64,000 nucleotides of DNA from Candidatus Latescibacterota bacterium (GTDB lineage Bacteria > Latescibacterota > UBA2968 > UBA8231): assembly GCA_965242865.1 (NCBI GenBank), contig CBDETK010000013.1, positions 5,312,001 to 5,376,000 on the forward strand, written 5' to 3'. The translations under genes and the position numbers were made by a program. Under the pieces are notes generated by a model, which was not told the DNA's origin, ran no database searches, and was given only the letters and a program-made list of their open reading frames with translations. Positions 35,808-45,696 of the stretch are shown in pieces (position 1 is the stretch's first letter; every line of letters begins with the position of its first letter).

Positions 35808-37399
35808 TGAGCATGTTGTCGCGGGCCGTTATCTTGCTGGCCGCGGGCCTGCTGGCCTGCCAACAGACCGAACCCCCCGAGTCAAAGCCCGTCGTCGTTG
35901 CCATCGTCGGCCGGGATACGATCGACGTCGAGTCCTACCGCGAGATGGCCACGAAACTGCTCGCCTCTTCCCACCGCGGCCAAGACCCCGCCCGGCTCGA
36001 CACGAGGCGTCGGTTGCTCGCTGCGATGATCGACAGACAGCTTCTGGTCATGGAGGGACGCCGCCGGAAGTTGGACGCATCGCCGAGAATCGCCGCGGCC
36101 CTTGAGCAGCTACAGGGCAAACTCCTCTGGCGCGCCTTGTTCAACGCGGTGGCTAGCGACGCCGGGCGCGACACCGCGGGCATTCAGACCTTTGCCATTG
36201 AAAAGGGATTCACCGAAGAGGTGCTGCTCCAGCACGTGATGCTGACCAATGAGGCCGATGCGTGGAGCGTTCTCAAAGCACTTGAGGCGGGAGAGCCGTT
36301 TGACGTGCTCGCGGTCGAGCGTTCGACCCACCACGAGACCGGCAGCTTGGGGGGCTACTTTAGCTACATGTCCGTGTCCCAAGTGCTCCGCGAGGTGCGC
36401 GAGCAAGTTCTGTCGCTGGAGCTCGGTCAAACGCACCCGCAACCGCTGACCTCCCGCTATGGGGTTCACGTGTTTCGCCTCGTCGATCGTCGCCCCGCCG
36501 ACCTCGCGAGCCGGTGGGACGTGGTGCTCGAGGAGTTCCGCGCCCGCGAGCGCACGCGCGTCTTTGAGAGCTTTGCCGACAGCTTGGCGGAGGCGCAGGG
36601 GCTAGTCTGCGAGCCACCAGCGGGCGACCGGCCGGCGTCGGACCCGCTTTGTACTTGGGCGACCGGCCAGTTGTTGGCGTCCGACATCGACTGGGCCGCT
36701 GCCGAGGCCGATCTGTACGCCAAGGCCCGGGAGCGGCTCGTCCGCGCGGAGGCCAAGCGGCGCGGTATGGACCGTCGACCCGCGGTCCGCGCCCCGATCG
36801 CGGCGCGCAGGGAAGAGATGATGATCGACAGCCTCCGGCGTCAGGTGGTCGGACGCCTTGAGGTGTCGGAGGCCGAGAAGCGGTTGTACTACGAGCAACA
36901 CCCCGAGCTGTACGGGCCGCGCCCGGCCGTGCGCGTCAATGAAGTGCTCGTCGCCGACCGCACGCTGGCGCGCCGACTCCGCGGCCAAGCCGAGGCGGGG
37001 GCGTCCATCGACTCCTTGGCGCGGGCCTACAGCATTCGCGAAGTGACGAAAAAAAGCGGCGGGTCGATGTGGCTCGTCACGAGAGACAACCCGCTCTTGG
37101 GGCCGCTCGCGCCCCTCGCGCTCGACTCGGAAGTGGGGGTGCTCTTGGGGCCGCTCGAAGTGCCCGGCGGGTATTCCGTGCTGCGCATCGCCGAAAAGAG
37201 TCAGACCCCGGCGCGCCCGTATGAGGCGGTGGAACGGAATATTGCCGTGATCCTCCGCCTGCGTGCCGAGCATCAGCGGATGGACTCTTTGCTCGTCCAA
37301 CTCCGCGTGGACTTTGCCGACGAGATCGCGGTTTATGAAGACGTGCTGGGTGCTGAACTGGCCGATTGGGGGGATCGCGAAGCCGATGCCCGGAATTGA
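35807..37399 (+). CDS. Parvulin-type peptidyl-prolyl isomerase lipoprotein (two PPIase-like domains)
   Basis: Lipobox LLAC, FDVLAVERS..GG..YGVHVF and LARAYS..GG..GYSVL. Confidence 0.8.
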   Translation: MSMLSRAVILLAAGLLACQQTEPPESKPVVVAIVGRDTIDVESYREMATKLLASSHRGQDPARLDTRRRLLAAMIDRQLLVMEGRRRKLDASPRIAAALEQLQGKLLWRALFNAVASDAGRDTAGIQTFAIEKGFTEEVLLQHVMLTNEADAWSVLKALEAGEPFDVLAVERSTHHETGSLGGYFSYMSVSQVLREVREQVLSLELGQTHPQPLTSRYGVHVFRLVDRRPADLASRWDVVLEEFRARERTRVFESFADSLAEAQGLVCEPPAGDRPASDPLCTWATGQLLASDIDWAAAEADLYAKARERLVRAEAKRRGMDRRPAVRAPIAARREEMMIDSLRRQVVGRLEVSEAEKRLYYEQHPELYGPRPAVRVNEVLVADRTLARRLRGQAEAGASIDSLARAYSIREVTKKSGGSMWLVTRDNPLLGPLAPLALDSEVGVLLGPLEVPGGYSVLRIAEKSQTPARPYEAVERNIAVILRLRAEHQRMDSLLVQLRVDFADEIAVYEDVLGAELADWGDREADARN

Positions 37400-37414
37400 A
37401 GAGTACTGGGGGTC

Positions 37415-38626
37415 ATGCCGGCCGTTTTGGTCTTTTTGCTCCTGAGTGCCTGCGAGGGGGCTGCGCCCGAACAACAGCAAGAAGCGGCCCAAGCCGTCCT
37501 CGACAGCGCGCTCAAACACTCGGCGCACGGTGAATCAGCCAAAGCGATCCGGCTGCTGCGCCGCGCGGCGCAGCTAGACCCACAGGATCCGGTCATCCCC
37601 TACAATCTCGGCAACAACTGGGCGCGGCAGGGCCGTCTAGAGCAAGCCGCGGCGGCGTACCAACGAGCGATATTCCTCTCGCCTGAGTACGCGGCCGCCC
37701 ATTACAACCTAGGCTCCGTGCGCTCGGCGGCCGGACGGCACGGAGAAGCGGAAGCCCTGATGGTGCGCGCGATCGAGGCCGACAGTGGCTATCAGCCGGC
37801 TCACAAGGCTTTGGCCCAGTTGCGGGAACGGCGCGGCGACTACGCTGGTGCCCTTGAGGCGCTGGAGATTGCGGTGGGGATTCGCCCCGACGATGTGGAG
37901 GCGCGCAATCAGCTAGGCTACCTGCTGGGGAAGCAGGGGCGACCGGCTGCGGCCGCAGCCGTGTTGCAGAAAACGCTGCACATCGACTCGACCCACGCAG
38001 ACACGTGGGCTTACCTAGGGGCGCTCCAGCTCGCCGCCAAGGACTTTGCGAGTGCTCGCCCGCATCTCGAAAGGGCCATCCAACTCGACGCGCACCACAC
38101 AAAGGCGCACTTTGATCTGGCCAACTGTCTGCTGCGACTGGGCGAGCAGGAGAGTGGACGAAAGATGCTGCGTCGGTTTGAGATGCTGCGCTCGATTGAC
38201 ACGGATATCGCCAAGTACCGCGAGGCGATTCGCCACGACCCCGCCGACCCGGTGCTCTACGAGGCACTGGCTCGCCGGTATGCAAAGCGGGGCGCGGCGG
38301 ACCGAGCGATTCAACTCTATCGACAGGCCATCGCCCGAGACGCTGCATTGGCCGCGGCCCACAACAACTTGGGCAATCTCCTGCTACAGCAGCAGCGACC
38401 CGAAGAGGCGGCCCGGGCCTATCGAGCCGCGTTGCTCGCGGACTCCACCTACGCCCTCGCCCACAATGGGATCGGCACCGTCCGACTGCTCTCGGGGAAT
38501 AGGATCGGGGCCATGGCGGCCTTTGCGCGCGCCGTCGCATTGGACTCCTCAAACCGCACGTTCGCCGACAACCTCCGATCGGTACAGATCCTCCTACAAC
38601 ACGCCGAGGAATCGCATGAGCACTGA
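37415..38626 (+). CDS. Tetratricopeptide repeat lipoprotein
   Basis: Lipobox LSAC and many TPR repeats (AHYNLG, AHNNLG). Confidence 0.85.
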   Translation: MPAVLVFLLLSACEGAAPEQQQEAAQAVLDSALKHSAHGESAKAIRLLRRAAQLDPQDPVIPYNLGNNWARQGRLEQAAAAYQRAIFLSPEYAAAHYNLGSVRSAAGRHGEAEALMVRAIEADSGYQPAHKALAQLRERRGDYAGALEALEIAVGIRPDDVEARNQLGYLLGKQGRPAAAAAVLQKTLHIDSTHADTWAYLGALQLAAKDFASARPHLERAIQLDAHHTKAHFDLANCLLRLGEQESGRKMLRRFEMLRSIDTDIAKYREAIRHDPADPVLYEALARRYAKRGAADRAIQLYRQAIARDAALAAAHNNLGNLLLQQQRPEEAARAYRAALLADSTYALAHNGIGTVRLLSGNRIGAMAAFARAVALDSSNRTFADNLRSVQILLQHAEESHEH

Positions 38627-38813
38627 CTCCTCGGCCCGATTGACCGCTTGGCGGGTTGTGAAATATATTGCGAGTCGCGTATGAGCAGCGGCAGCGCGAC
38701 CATGGCTTGGCCCTGTGTTGTTGCCGAGTTTTTGGCAACCGTACGCGGTCGTGGTTTGCAAATCCCTCAGAGTTAAACCCTTATGATCACTAGATAACGA
38801 CAAGGAGCTCGAT

Positions 38814-39965
38814 ATGGACCAGGTGCGAATTGGCATTATTGGCCTCGGCGGCATGGGCAGCAGCCACGCCACTTACCTTTCCCAAGGCCAAATCGCCGGC
38901 GCGGCACTCGCGGCCGTAGCCGACATCGATCCGGCCCGGCTGGCCGGCGTGCAGGACCGCTACGGTGCGGGTGTGCAGGCGTTTGCCGGGGCCGACGCCC
39001 TGTTGGCGGCCCAATGCGTAGATGCCGTGATCGTAGCCACCCCTCACTACTTCCACCCGCCGCTGGTGATCGCCGCGCTGGAAAACGGCCTGCACGCGAT
39101 GAGCGAAAAGCCGGCTGGGGTCTATACGCGCCAAGTCCGCGCGATGAACGAGGCCGCGGCCAAAAGCGACCGGATTTTTGGCATGATGTTCAACCAGCGG
39201 GCGCGTGGCGAGCACCAGCAGCTCAAGTCGCTCGTCGAATCGGGCGAGTTGGGGCCGATCCGCCGCACGATTTACATCATCAACAACTGGTTCCGCGCCC
39301 AAAGCTACTACGATTCGGGCGGCTGGCGGGCGACTTGGGCCGGCGAGGGCGGCGGCGTGTTGGCCAACCAGTGCCCGCACAACCTCGACCTGTGGCAGTG
39401 GATATGCGGGATGCCGCAGCGGGTGCGGGCCTTTTGTCGCTTTGGGCAATACCACGACATTGAGGTCGAAGACGACGTAACCGCGTATGTCGAATACGAG
39501 ACCGGAGCGACGGGCGTCTTTATCACTTCTACGGGCGAGGCCCCGGGGACCAATCGGCTGGAGATTTCAGCGGACCGCGGCAAAGTGGTGTTGGAGGGCG
39601 GTAAAATCACCTTTTGGCGCACGACAAAGTCGGCGAGCGAATTCCTCGCAGAGTGGCCGCATGGGTTTGGCAGTCCCGAGGTCTGGAAGTGCGAGATACC
39701 AAGCGGTCGCGGCGCAGAGCACCAAGGGATTACCCAAAACTGGGTGCAGGCCATCCGCACGGGGTCGCCGCTACTGGCCGCCGGGACCGAGGGGATCAAC
39801 GGCGTGGAGCTGGCCAACGCGATGTTACTTTCGACGTGGACGGACGATTGGGTCCCCATCCCGGTGGACGAGGATTTGTACTACGAGGAGCTGCAAAAGC
39901 GGGTGGCCACCTCCAAGGCCAAGGAGGAGCGCGGCCAGGTGATGAACGTGCAGGGGACGTTTTAG
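38814..39965 (+). CDS. Gfo/Idh/MocA family oxidoreductase
   Basis: RIGIIGLGGMG, ATPHYFH, SEKP, GGGVL..H..D. Confidence 0.9.
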   Translation: MDQVRIGIIGLGGMGSSHATYLSQGQIAGAALAAVADIDPARLAGVQDRYGAGVQAFAGADALLAAQCVDAVIVATPHYFHPPLVIAALENGLHAMSEKPAGVYTRQVRAMNEAAAKSDRIFGMMFNQRARGEHQQLKSLVESGELGPIRRTIYIINNWFRAQSYYDSGGWRATWAGEGGGVLANQCPHNLDLWQWICGMPQRVRAFCRFGQYHDIEVEDDVTAYVEYETGATGVFITSTGEAPGTNRLEISADRGKVVLEGGKITFWRTTKSASEFLAEWPHGFGSPEVWKCEIPSGRGAEHQGITQNWVQAIRTGSPLLAAGTEGINGVELANAMLLSTWTDDWVPIPVDEDLYYEELQKRVATSKAKEERGQVMNVQGTF

Positions 39966-39967
39966 GA

Positions 39968-41458
39968 ATGCAAAACCAACTAGTCTTTGAATTTGCCGAA
40001 AAACCGCCCGAAGTTTCTACTAAAACAGCGAGTACCCCAAAGGGCTATACCGGTCTGTACGGCTTTCATAAGTACTGGGGCAAAAAGCCCCACGAACCCT
40101 TGGCGTTCGCGATTGAACAACTCACCGCTGAAGGAGACACCGTTCTCGATCCGTTTGTCGGATCAGGTACTGCTGCCCGAGAATCCCTATTGCGAAATCG
40201 CCGGTTTATTGGCTTTGACATAAATCCCATCGCCATCGAGATCACAAAGCTCTTGGCCTCGCCACCGAAATACGAATCCGTGCTTAACGCCTTCGAGCGT
40301 TTAGAAAAGAACGTTAAGGATTCAATAAACCAAAGCTATCTTTTGCGTGATGGCCGCATCGCTTCTCATTATCTGTGGGAAAACGACAGTCTCCAACAAA
40401 TTTGGTTGCGTGGAGGGAGGGGAAATGCCCGTGAAGAATTGACTCCAACTGCACAAGATCTGAAACTGATTGACGACTTCAACGGTTATCAGAGCCAATA
40501 TCTCAGGCCGCCTCAATTTTTTTCTAATAGCCGAATCAATGCACATCGGGACTTGACGATTTCTGATATCTTGACCGGGCGGGCACAGCGCAATTTAGAT
40601 TTGCTGTTGAGCGGAATCGCTGAATTTCCCCCTAGCCTTGCGAATCCACTCAGATTATGCCTTACGGCAGCATCTGGTCAAATGACCAAAATGGTTTTTG
40701 CTATTACTAAAAGAGGAAAAACTATTGGAAAAGCTGCGGACAAGGTTGAAGTAGGCAGTTGGGTTATTGGATACTGGTGCCCAATGTTGCATTTTGAAGT
40801 AAACGTGTGGAATTGCTTTGAGCGTCGTGTGGTAAAACTTCTAAAAGCGATAAAATTCAATGATCCATTGAGTGGCTTACATGTATCTACTTCACTTTCA
40901 GAGTATTATAGAGATACATTGCAATGTTGCATCGAATGTGCTCCGTGCCAAAGTTCGGTTTCTCTTGTCAAAGATCATTCCGTGAAACTCATACTAACGG
41001 ATCCTCCTCATAGCGATCGCATTCCATATTTAGAGTTGAGTGAACTTTGGAACTCCATTTTAGGTGCCGAACCGAATTTTGATGATGAAATAGTGATCTC
41101 TAACGCGAAAGAACGCGAGAAATCGCCGGAGATCTATGGGGCCGCTATGAACGATTTTTTTTCACAGTGTTCAAGAATTTTGCAGAGCGATGGCTTGCTA
41201 ATCCTTATTTATAATGCTCGGCAGAGGGAGCGCTGGGAGTTTGTCAACCGACTAATCGAAGATTATCGCAATAGCCGACTTTGTTATATCGGTCAGTTCC
41301 CGTGTAACTATTCGGCTAGATCAGTAGTTCAGGACAATAGAAAGGGTGGGCTAAGAAACGATACTGCGCTGGTGTTAGGTAATTCGCACGTCGATTCGGA
41401 GATAGTAGCCTTACTACGCCATATACCAAATTGGTCCGATAAGGCACCATTTCATTGA
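39968..41458 (+). CDS. DNA amino-methyltransferase (probably N6-adenine)
   Basis: FHKYWGKKP, motif I LDPFVGSGT, motif IV variant LTDPPH; AT-rich. ATG 39968 follows the upstream stop. Confidence 0.85.
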   Translation: MQNQLVFEFAEKPPEVSTKTASTPKGYTGLYGFHKYWGKKPHEPLAFAIEQLTAEGDTVLDPFVGSGTAARESLLRNRRFIGFDINPIAIEITKLLASPPKYESVLNAFERLEKNVKDSINQSYLLRDGRIASHYLWENDSLQQIWLRGGRGNAREELTPTAQDLKLIDDFNGYQSQYLRPPQFFSNSRINAHRDLTISDILTGRAQRNLDLLLSGIAEFPPSLANPLRLCLTAASGQMTKMVFAITKRGKTIGKAADKVEVGSWVIGYWCPMLHFEVNVWNCFERRVVKLLKAIKFNDPLSGLHVSTSLSEYYRDTLQCCIECAPCQSSVSLVKDHSVKLILTDPPHSDRIPYLELSELWNSILGAEPNFDDEIVISNAKEREKSPEIYGAAMNDFFSQCSRILQSDGLLILIYNARQRERWEFVNRLIEDYRNSRLCYIGQFPCNYSARSVVQDNRKGGLRNDTALVLGNSHVDSEIVALLRHIPNWSDKAPFH

Positions 41459-41468
41459 AAGATGAACA

Positions 41469-42557
41469 ATGGACTTTAATACGGCGCAAAAGTGGTTCCA
41501 ACAGGACCGCATCCGTGAGCTTACAGAATCTTTCGAGGGTCTAAGATTTCTCAAGCTGAGATCCCTTTCGCGTCGTGAACATTTGGAATACCTTTTCTCC
41601 GTTGCAGCTATCGATCCTACTTCGTCGAAAGTGAGTAATCTGTTTAGAGAAGCATTTGAAACCGCTGCACTAGATAATCCTACTATCGACAGTGCCATCA
41701 AGTCAATTTATGCACTCGAACGCGAACAGCGACGGAATTGCGAGGATGAATTGGTCAATCAGCTCTACCGCTTAGAGGTGTTTGATTGGGGAGGACTTCA
41801 TCAAAATAGTCTCGAGAGAACAATCGTCGATAACTATGTAAAAAAGACTCGAGACTACGACCAACTTTCTAATAGTATCGAGAACGAACTACACAATAGC
41901 ATGAGAAGCTATGTACTTTGTTCTTGGTACAATCACTGGACATCAATAATCATTGAGGATGTTTTCCGGGATCATCCATCCGTGTTGCCTGCTGTTGGAT
42001 CAATAAAGAAAATAGACTTTTTTATTAAAGATGTCCCATTTGACTTAAAGGTCACCTATTTACCCGAAGGCTATATCAAACATTGTCGACGAACTATCGG
42101 TAAAAAGCAGGAACTTACTCTTTTGAAACAATGGGCGCGTCGTTGCAAAGTAGCGTTTAGTAAAAGTCTTTCTGACAATCGTCTCCTCCCGGATTTGTGG
42201 AATAAGGCAAGTGATCACCCCTCGGTTGAATCGGTTGAACTTTTATCCGAACTGAGTGATTTTCGCCAGGAACTTATCAGCGAAGCAAAATCAAATCCAG
42301 AGACTCTTATTCAGTGGCTCTATGAAAATCAGGGAGTACGCAGATTTGATGCGTCCAATCGCCTGTTCCTTATCCTCGTTGATTACTCCAATTTCTTTTT
42401 ATCGTGGAAATTAAAACGTGCAAAGCCACTCCTTGACTCAGCAATCAGCAGTTACTTAGATAATACACCATCTTTGCCAGGTCGAATATTGAACTTCACT
42501 TGGGAAGGAACGAATTATACAGTGGTATCGGATGCCATAATCATCACGAAACCGTAA
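41469..42557 (+). CDS. Putative type II restriction endonuclease
   Basis: Directly follows the MTase, AT-rich, with an IDFFIKDVPFDLK PD-(D/E)XK-like motif. Confidence 0.7.
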   Translation: MDFNTAQKWFQQDRIRELTESFEGLRFLKLRSLSRREHLEYLFSVAAIDPTSSKVSNLFREAFETAALDNPTIDSAIKSIYALEREQRRNCEDELVNQLYRLEVFDWGGLHQNSLERTIVDNYVKKTRDYDQLSNSIENELHNSMRSYVLCSWYNHWTSIIIEDVFRDHPSVLPAVGSIKKIDFFIKDVPFDLKVTYLPEGYIKHCRRTIGKKQELTLLKQWARRCKVAFSKSLSDNRLLPDLWNKASDHPSVESVELLSELSDFRQELISEAKSNPETLIQWLYENQGVRRFDASNRLFLILVDYSNFFLSWKLKRAKPLLDSAISSYLDNTPSLPGRILNFTWEGTNYTVVSDAIIITKP

Positions 42558-42582
42558 CAAATAAAATTTCAGGAGCAACTTT

Positions 42583-43368
42583 ATGAAACTTGCGTTGATG
42601 CGAGGCGACCTGCTGCGGCCGGTCGCAATGCGCCCCGAGGGGTTTGCGGCGGTGCAGATGTTTTTCGGCTGGGGCGCGGGCGAGGATGCACAGGACCCGT
42701 CGGCCGAAGAGGTTGATGGAGTGCTACAAGAGGCCGATGTCGCGCTGGCGGCCATGACCTTGCACGTCGATCTGGTCGGGCCAAAAGGCGCGGTCCCAGC
42801 CGATGTCGCTAGGCTGGTGCGCTGCGTGGAGAAGACCGCGGCGCTCGACAGGCGTTTCGGCGACAATGCGCGGCCGGTGCTGGTGTGGCATCCGTCGGAG
42901 TATCCAGCAGAGGGCGTGGACGATCGGGCGGTGTTTGAGGGGCTCTGCGCCGGGCTGGCGACCGCGTGTGCAGCCGCCGAGGGAGCTGGCGTGGTCATCG
43001 CGGTGGAAATGACGCGGGCGGGGAGCATCGACGGGGCCGAGCGCTTTTTGCGGGTGCAGGATCGAGTGGGGTCCGCGGCGCTCAAAGTCTGCATGGACGC
43101 GGCGAACTTCGCGCCCGACCGCACTCCGCTGGTACGCGCCGTGCGAATGCTCGGCCCCGACATTGCAATCGCCCACGGCAAGGATGCGCGCTTTGCCGAG
43201 AATGGCGAAGTGGCCGACTACGGGCCGACTGGGTCGGGGTGCTTGGACTATCCGGCTTACATCGGCGCGTTACAGGAGTGGGCGCAGGTGCCCTATTTCG
43301 TCTTGGAGTACTACAAAAATCGCGCTGACCTGCTAAAGGCCCGCGATATTGTGCGCGCTTGTTTGTAG
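42583..43368 (+). CDS. Sugar phosphate isomerase/epimerase (xylose-isomerase-like TIM barrel)
   Basis: Metal-ligand pattern IAVE, CMDAAN, AHGKD, GSGCLDY, VLEY. Confidence 0.85.
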   Translation: MKLALMRGDLLRPVAMRPEGFAAVQMFFGWGAGEDAQDPSAEEVDGVLQEADVALAAMTLHVDLVGPKGAVPADVARLVRCVEKTAALDRRFGDNARPVLVWHPSEYPAEGVDDRAVFEGLCAGLATACAAAEGAGVVIAVEMTRAGSIDGAERFLRVQDRVGSAALKVCMDAANFAPDRTPLVRAVRMLGPDIAIAHGKDARFAENGEVADYGPTGSGCLDYPAYIGALQEWAQVPYFVLEYYKNRADLLKARDIVRACL

Positions 43369-43445
43369 ATGTGTCCCAAATACCATCCTGACGTTGCAAA
43401 GGCATTTCTCACAGACGATCCGATCAATGGAGGCTTTGTTCACTT

Positions 43446-43931
43446 ATGGAAAACAGCTATATCAAAAAGCCAGTAACCTCAAATGAACTCCGCAGCTTGG
43501 CAAAACTGGCCAGCGCGGAAGAGAAGGCATTCTTCGTACGCAATCCGCACTTAGTTGGACCTTACCGGCAGCGTCTGATTCTCGTGGCTCTATGCCAAGG
43601 TGCCGCATGTCAGTATTTAGGCTGTGGTCGCGGGGTAAAAGATTTTGATGTTCATTTTTTTTATGCACAGAATCCGAACAAGCGCAGGTTAAGTCGATCT
43701 GTGAAACACGAATATGAGTGCATAGCCTCTTTTCCAAAAGTACCAATAGACTTTATCCGCACGACTGTTCCTGGGGCACAGCCGAATCTGGAACCAGAGG
43801 CAGCTATTCAGACCGTTCGAGAGTTCTTGCGAAGCAAGCAGACTTCAAACGCGTATCATTTGTCGCTGAAAGCTGTGATCGGGCTCTACCCGAATGAGGT
43901 GTTTGCAGAGCAAGTTTGGCCGATAGGATGA
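43446..43931 (+). CDS. Hypothetical protein, nucleotidyltransferase-like
   Basis: RBS GGAGG; QGAA..GVKDFDV resembles the pol-beta G..DxD motif; AT-richer than the flanks. Confidence 0.6.
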   Translation: MENSYIKKPVTSNELRSLAKLASAEEKAFFVRNPHLVGPYRQRLILVALCQGAACQYLGCGRGVKDFDVHFFYAQNPNKRRLSRSVKHEYECIASFPKVPIDFIRTTVPGAQPNLEPEAAIQTVREFLRSKQTSNAYHLSLKAVIGLYPNEVFAEQVWPIG

Positions 43932-43947
43932 GCGATGATTACTATTC

Positions 43948-44574
43948 GTGGACAGCACTAGTTCGGAACGCCAAAGGAGAGAGTGGTTGCTCAGAAAACT
44001 TTTTGCTGTATGCGCGCTTGTCGTCGGCTGGTGTGCCGGATGCCAAGCGGAACGTCCGGCGGGCATGGTGCTCTATTTCAAGTCTGGCGACGACATATTT
44101 CTGCTGCTCGCCGATCACCGCGCAAGCGACCGGGGTTGGGCCGCGTACGGCGGGGGTTCCCGCGAGGGCGAAAGCACTGCGGAAACGGCGGCGCGAGAAA
44201 CAGAGGAAGAGACGCGGGGATACTTTCTGCGCGACGATCTGCTGACGAAGATCGAGGGGCAGCAACCCGTGATCGATCGCAATGGCTTTGCCCTGTACTT
44301 CGTGGAAATTCCATTTGTCCCAGCGCAGCTTGTGACCAACAACCCGCTCCCAAGTGTCGATATAGCGTACCTTGAAAGAGGGCCGTACGCTTGGATTCCG
44401 TACTCAGAACTCGACCAATACCTAAGAGGCCCGGTCAACTACGAAAAAAGATACCCCATTGAAGCGACGCTGCTGCCCAGTGGGCAACATACGGCGTGGT
44501 TTTGGCCAATCTGGCTTGGCAAGGTCTGGCGAGCCGTTGAAACCGATGCGATGCCTTGGGAGATCGAGCGTTAG
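43948..44574 (+). CDS. NUDIX hydrolase with predicted lipoprotein signal
   Basis: Nudix box GGSREGESTAETAARETEEET; hydrophobic stretch ending CAGC. Confidence 0.75.
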   Translation: MDSTSSERQRREWLLRKLFAVCALVVGWCAGCQAERPAGMVLYFKSGDDIFLLLADHRASDRGWAAYGGGSREGESTAETAARETEEETRGYFLRDDLLTKIEGQQPVIDRNGFALYFVEIPFVPAQLVTNNPLPSVDIAYLERGPYAWIPYSELDQYLRGPVNYEKRYPIEATLLPSGQHTAWFWPIWLGKVWRAVETDAMPWEIER

Positions 44575-44645
44575 AACTTGGGCAAAGAGATGCAATCAAA
44601 AAAAACAACATTTCCGCATCAGATAAAACCGACAGAGAGGGCAAC

Positions 44646-45395
44646 ATGAGCGACTTTTTGCGACTCAATTTGCGTTCCCAAAGCCTTACACAGGACGAGG
44701 GCGGGCACGCTATCTGGCGGGTGCAAACCAGCACCCAAGAATGGGCGGCGGACCAAACCGCGCTCTTGCTCTGCGACGTGTGGAACGGCCACTGGTGCCG
44801 CGGCGCGGTTGAGCGCCTCGATGCCATGGTCGAGCGGATGGACGCCGTGGTTCGGGCCGTGCGCGCGGCCGGCGGCCTGATCGTCCACGCGCCTTCGGAT
44901 ACCATGGATTTTTACGCTGATGCGCCGGCGCGTCAGCGCGTACTGGCGGCCCCCCCCGTTGCGCCGCGGCCCGACGCCGAGCGCCCGGATCCGCCCTTGC
45001 CGGTGGATGCCTCGGATCACGGAGCGGACACCGGCGAGACCGAGACCTACAAGGCTTGGAACCGGCAGCATCCGGGCATTGGAATCGACCAAGAGCGCGA
45101 TGTTATTTCAGACCAGGGGACGGAGGTATATAGCTACTTGCAACACCAAGGGATCGCGCATCTGCTGATTATGGGCGTCCATACCAATATGTGCGTTTTG
45201 CACCGGACTTTTGCCATCAAGCAGATGGTGCGCTGGGGAGTGGATGTGGTGCTGATCCGCGACTTGACCGACGCGATGTACAATCCGGCCATGCCGCCCT
45301 ACGTCAGCCACGACGCGGGCACGGGCTTGGTGGTGGAATTTATCGAAAAATTTTGGTGTCCGAGCGTGGAGAGCAAGGATGTAATCGGGGCGTAA
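44646..45395 (+). CDS. Isochorismatase (cysteine hydrolase) family protein
   Basis: ALLLCDVW, GVHTNMCV and RDLTD; RBS GAGG before ATG 44646. Confidence 0.85.
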   Translation: MSDFLRLNLRSQSLTQDEGGHAIWRVQTSTQEWAADQTALLLCDVWNGHWCRGAVERLDAMVERMDAVVRAVRAAGGLIVHAPSDTMDFYADAPARQRVLAAPPVAPRPDAERPDPPLPVDASDHGADTGETETYKAWNRQHPGIGIDQERDVISDQGTEVYSYLQHQGIAHLLIMGVHTNMCVLHRTFAIKQMVRWGVDVVLIRDLTDAMYNPAMPPYVSHDAGTGLVVEFIEKFWCPSVESKDVIGA

Positions 45396-45441
45396 ATCGC
45401 GTGCCATTAACCCAAGTCGCCTATACACACGAAAGATTGCT

Positions 45442-45696
45442 ATGACAAACAAGCTGCAAGACGCCTTTGAAAAGGCTTCACGCCTGAGCGAAGAAGAGCA
45501 GGACGATATTGCCGCGGCCCTCTTGGTAGTGGCCGATAACACGCTGGGGCCAGCAGATGAGGTGGATGAGACGGAATGGGACGCCTTGGTAGGTTCAGCC
45601 TGCTCTCATGCCCTGCTCGAAAAGATGGTAAAGAAGGCACAGAAAGCTGTGGAACGAGGAGATGTTAGTAATTTCGATCCCGGCAATATGGCTTGA
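45442..45696 (+). CDS. Putative antitoxin
   Basis: Small acidic protein overlapping the start of a RelE/ParE-like toxin. Confidence 0.65.
   Translation: MTNKLQDAFEKASRLSEEEQDDIAAALLVVADNTLGPADEVDETEWDALVGSACSHALLEKMVKKAQKAVERGDVSNFDPGNMA

Noticed and set aside
22244-38626. Calling the cluster a canonical T9SS or a SusCD locus
   Set aside because: No recognisable sprA, porV, gldK-N, TonB-dependent receptor or glycoside hydrolase motifs were seen; only the C-terminal domain resemblance is supported.
39614-39967. N-terminal extensions in the ORF track (also at 30647, 35717, 48140 and 50686)
   Set aside because: They overlap upstream genes or lack an RBS; downstream starts fit the RBS, signal peptides and domain boundaries better.
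43416-43426. 11-mer CGATCCGATCA upstream of this AT-richer gene and of the nuclease gene (minus strand, ~2444-2454)
   Set aside because: It is too short with only two copies, so chance is plausible.
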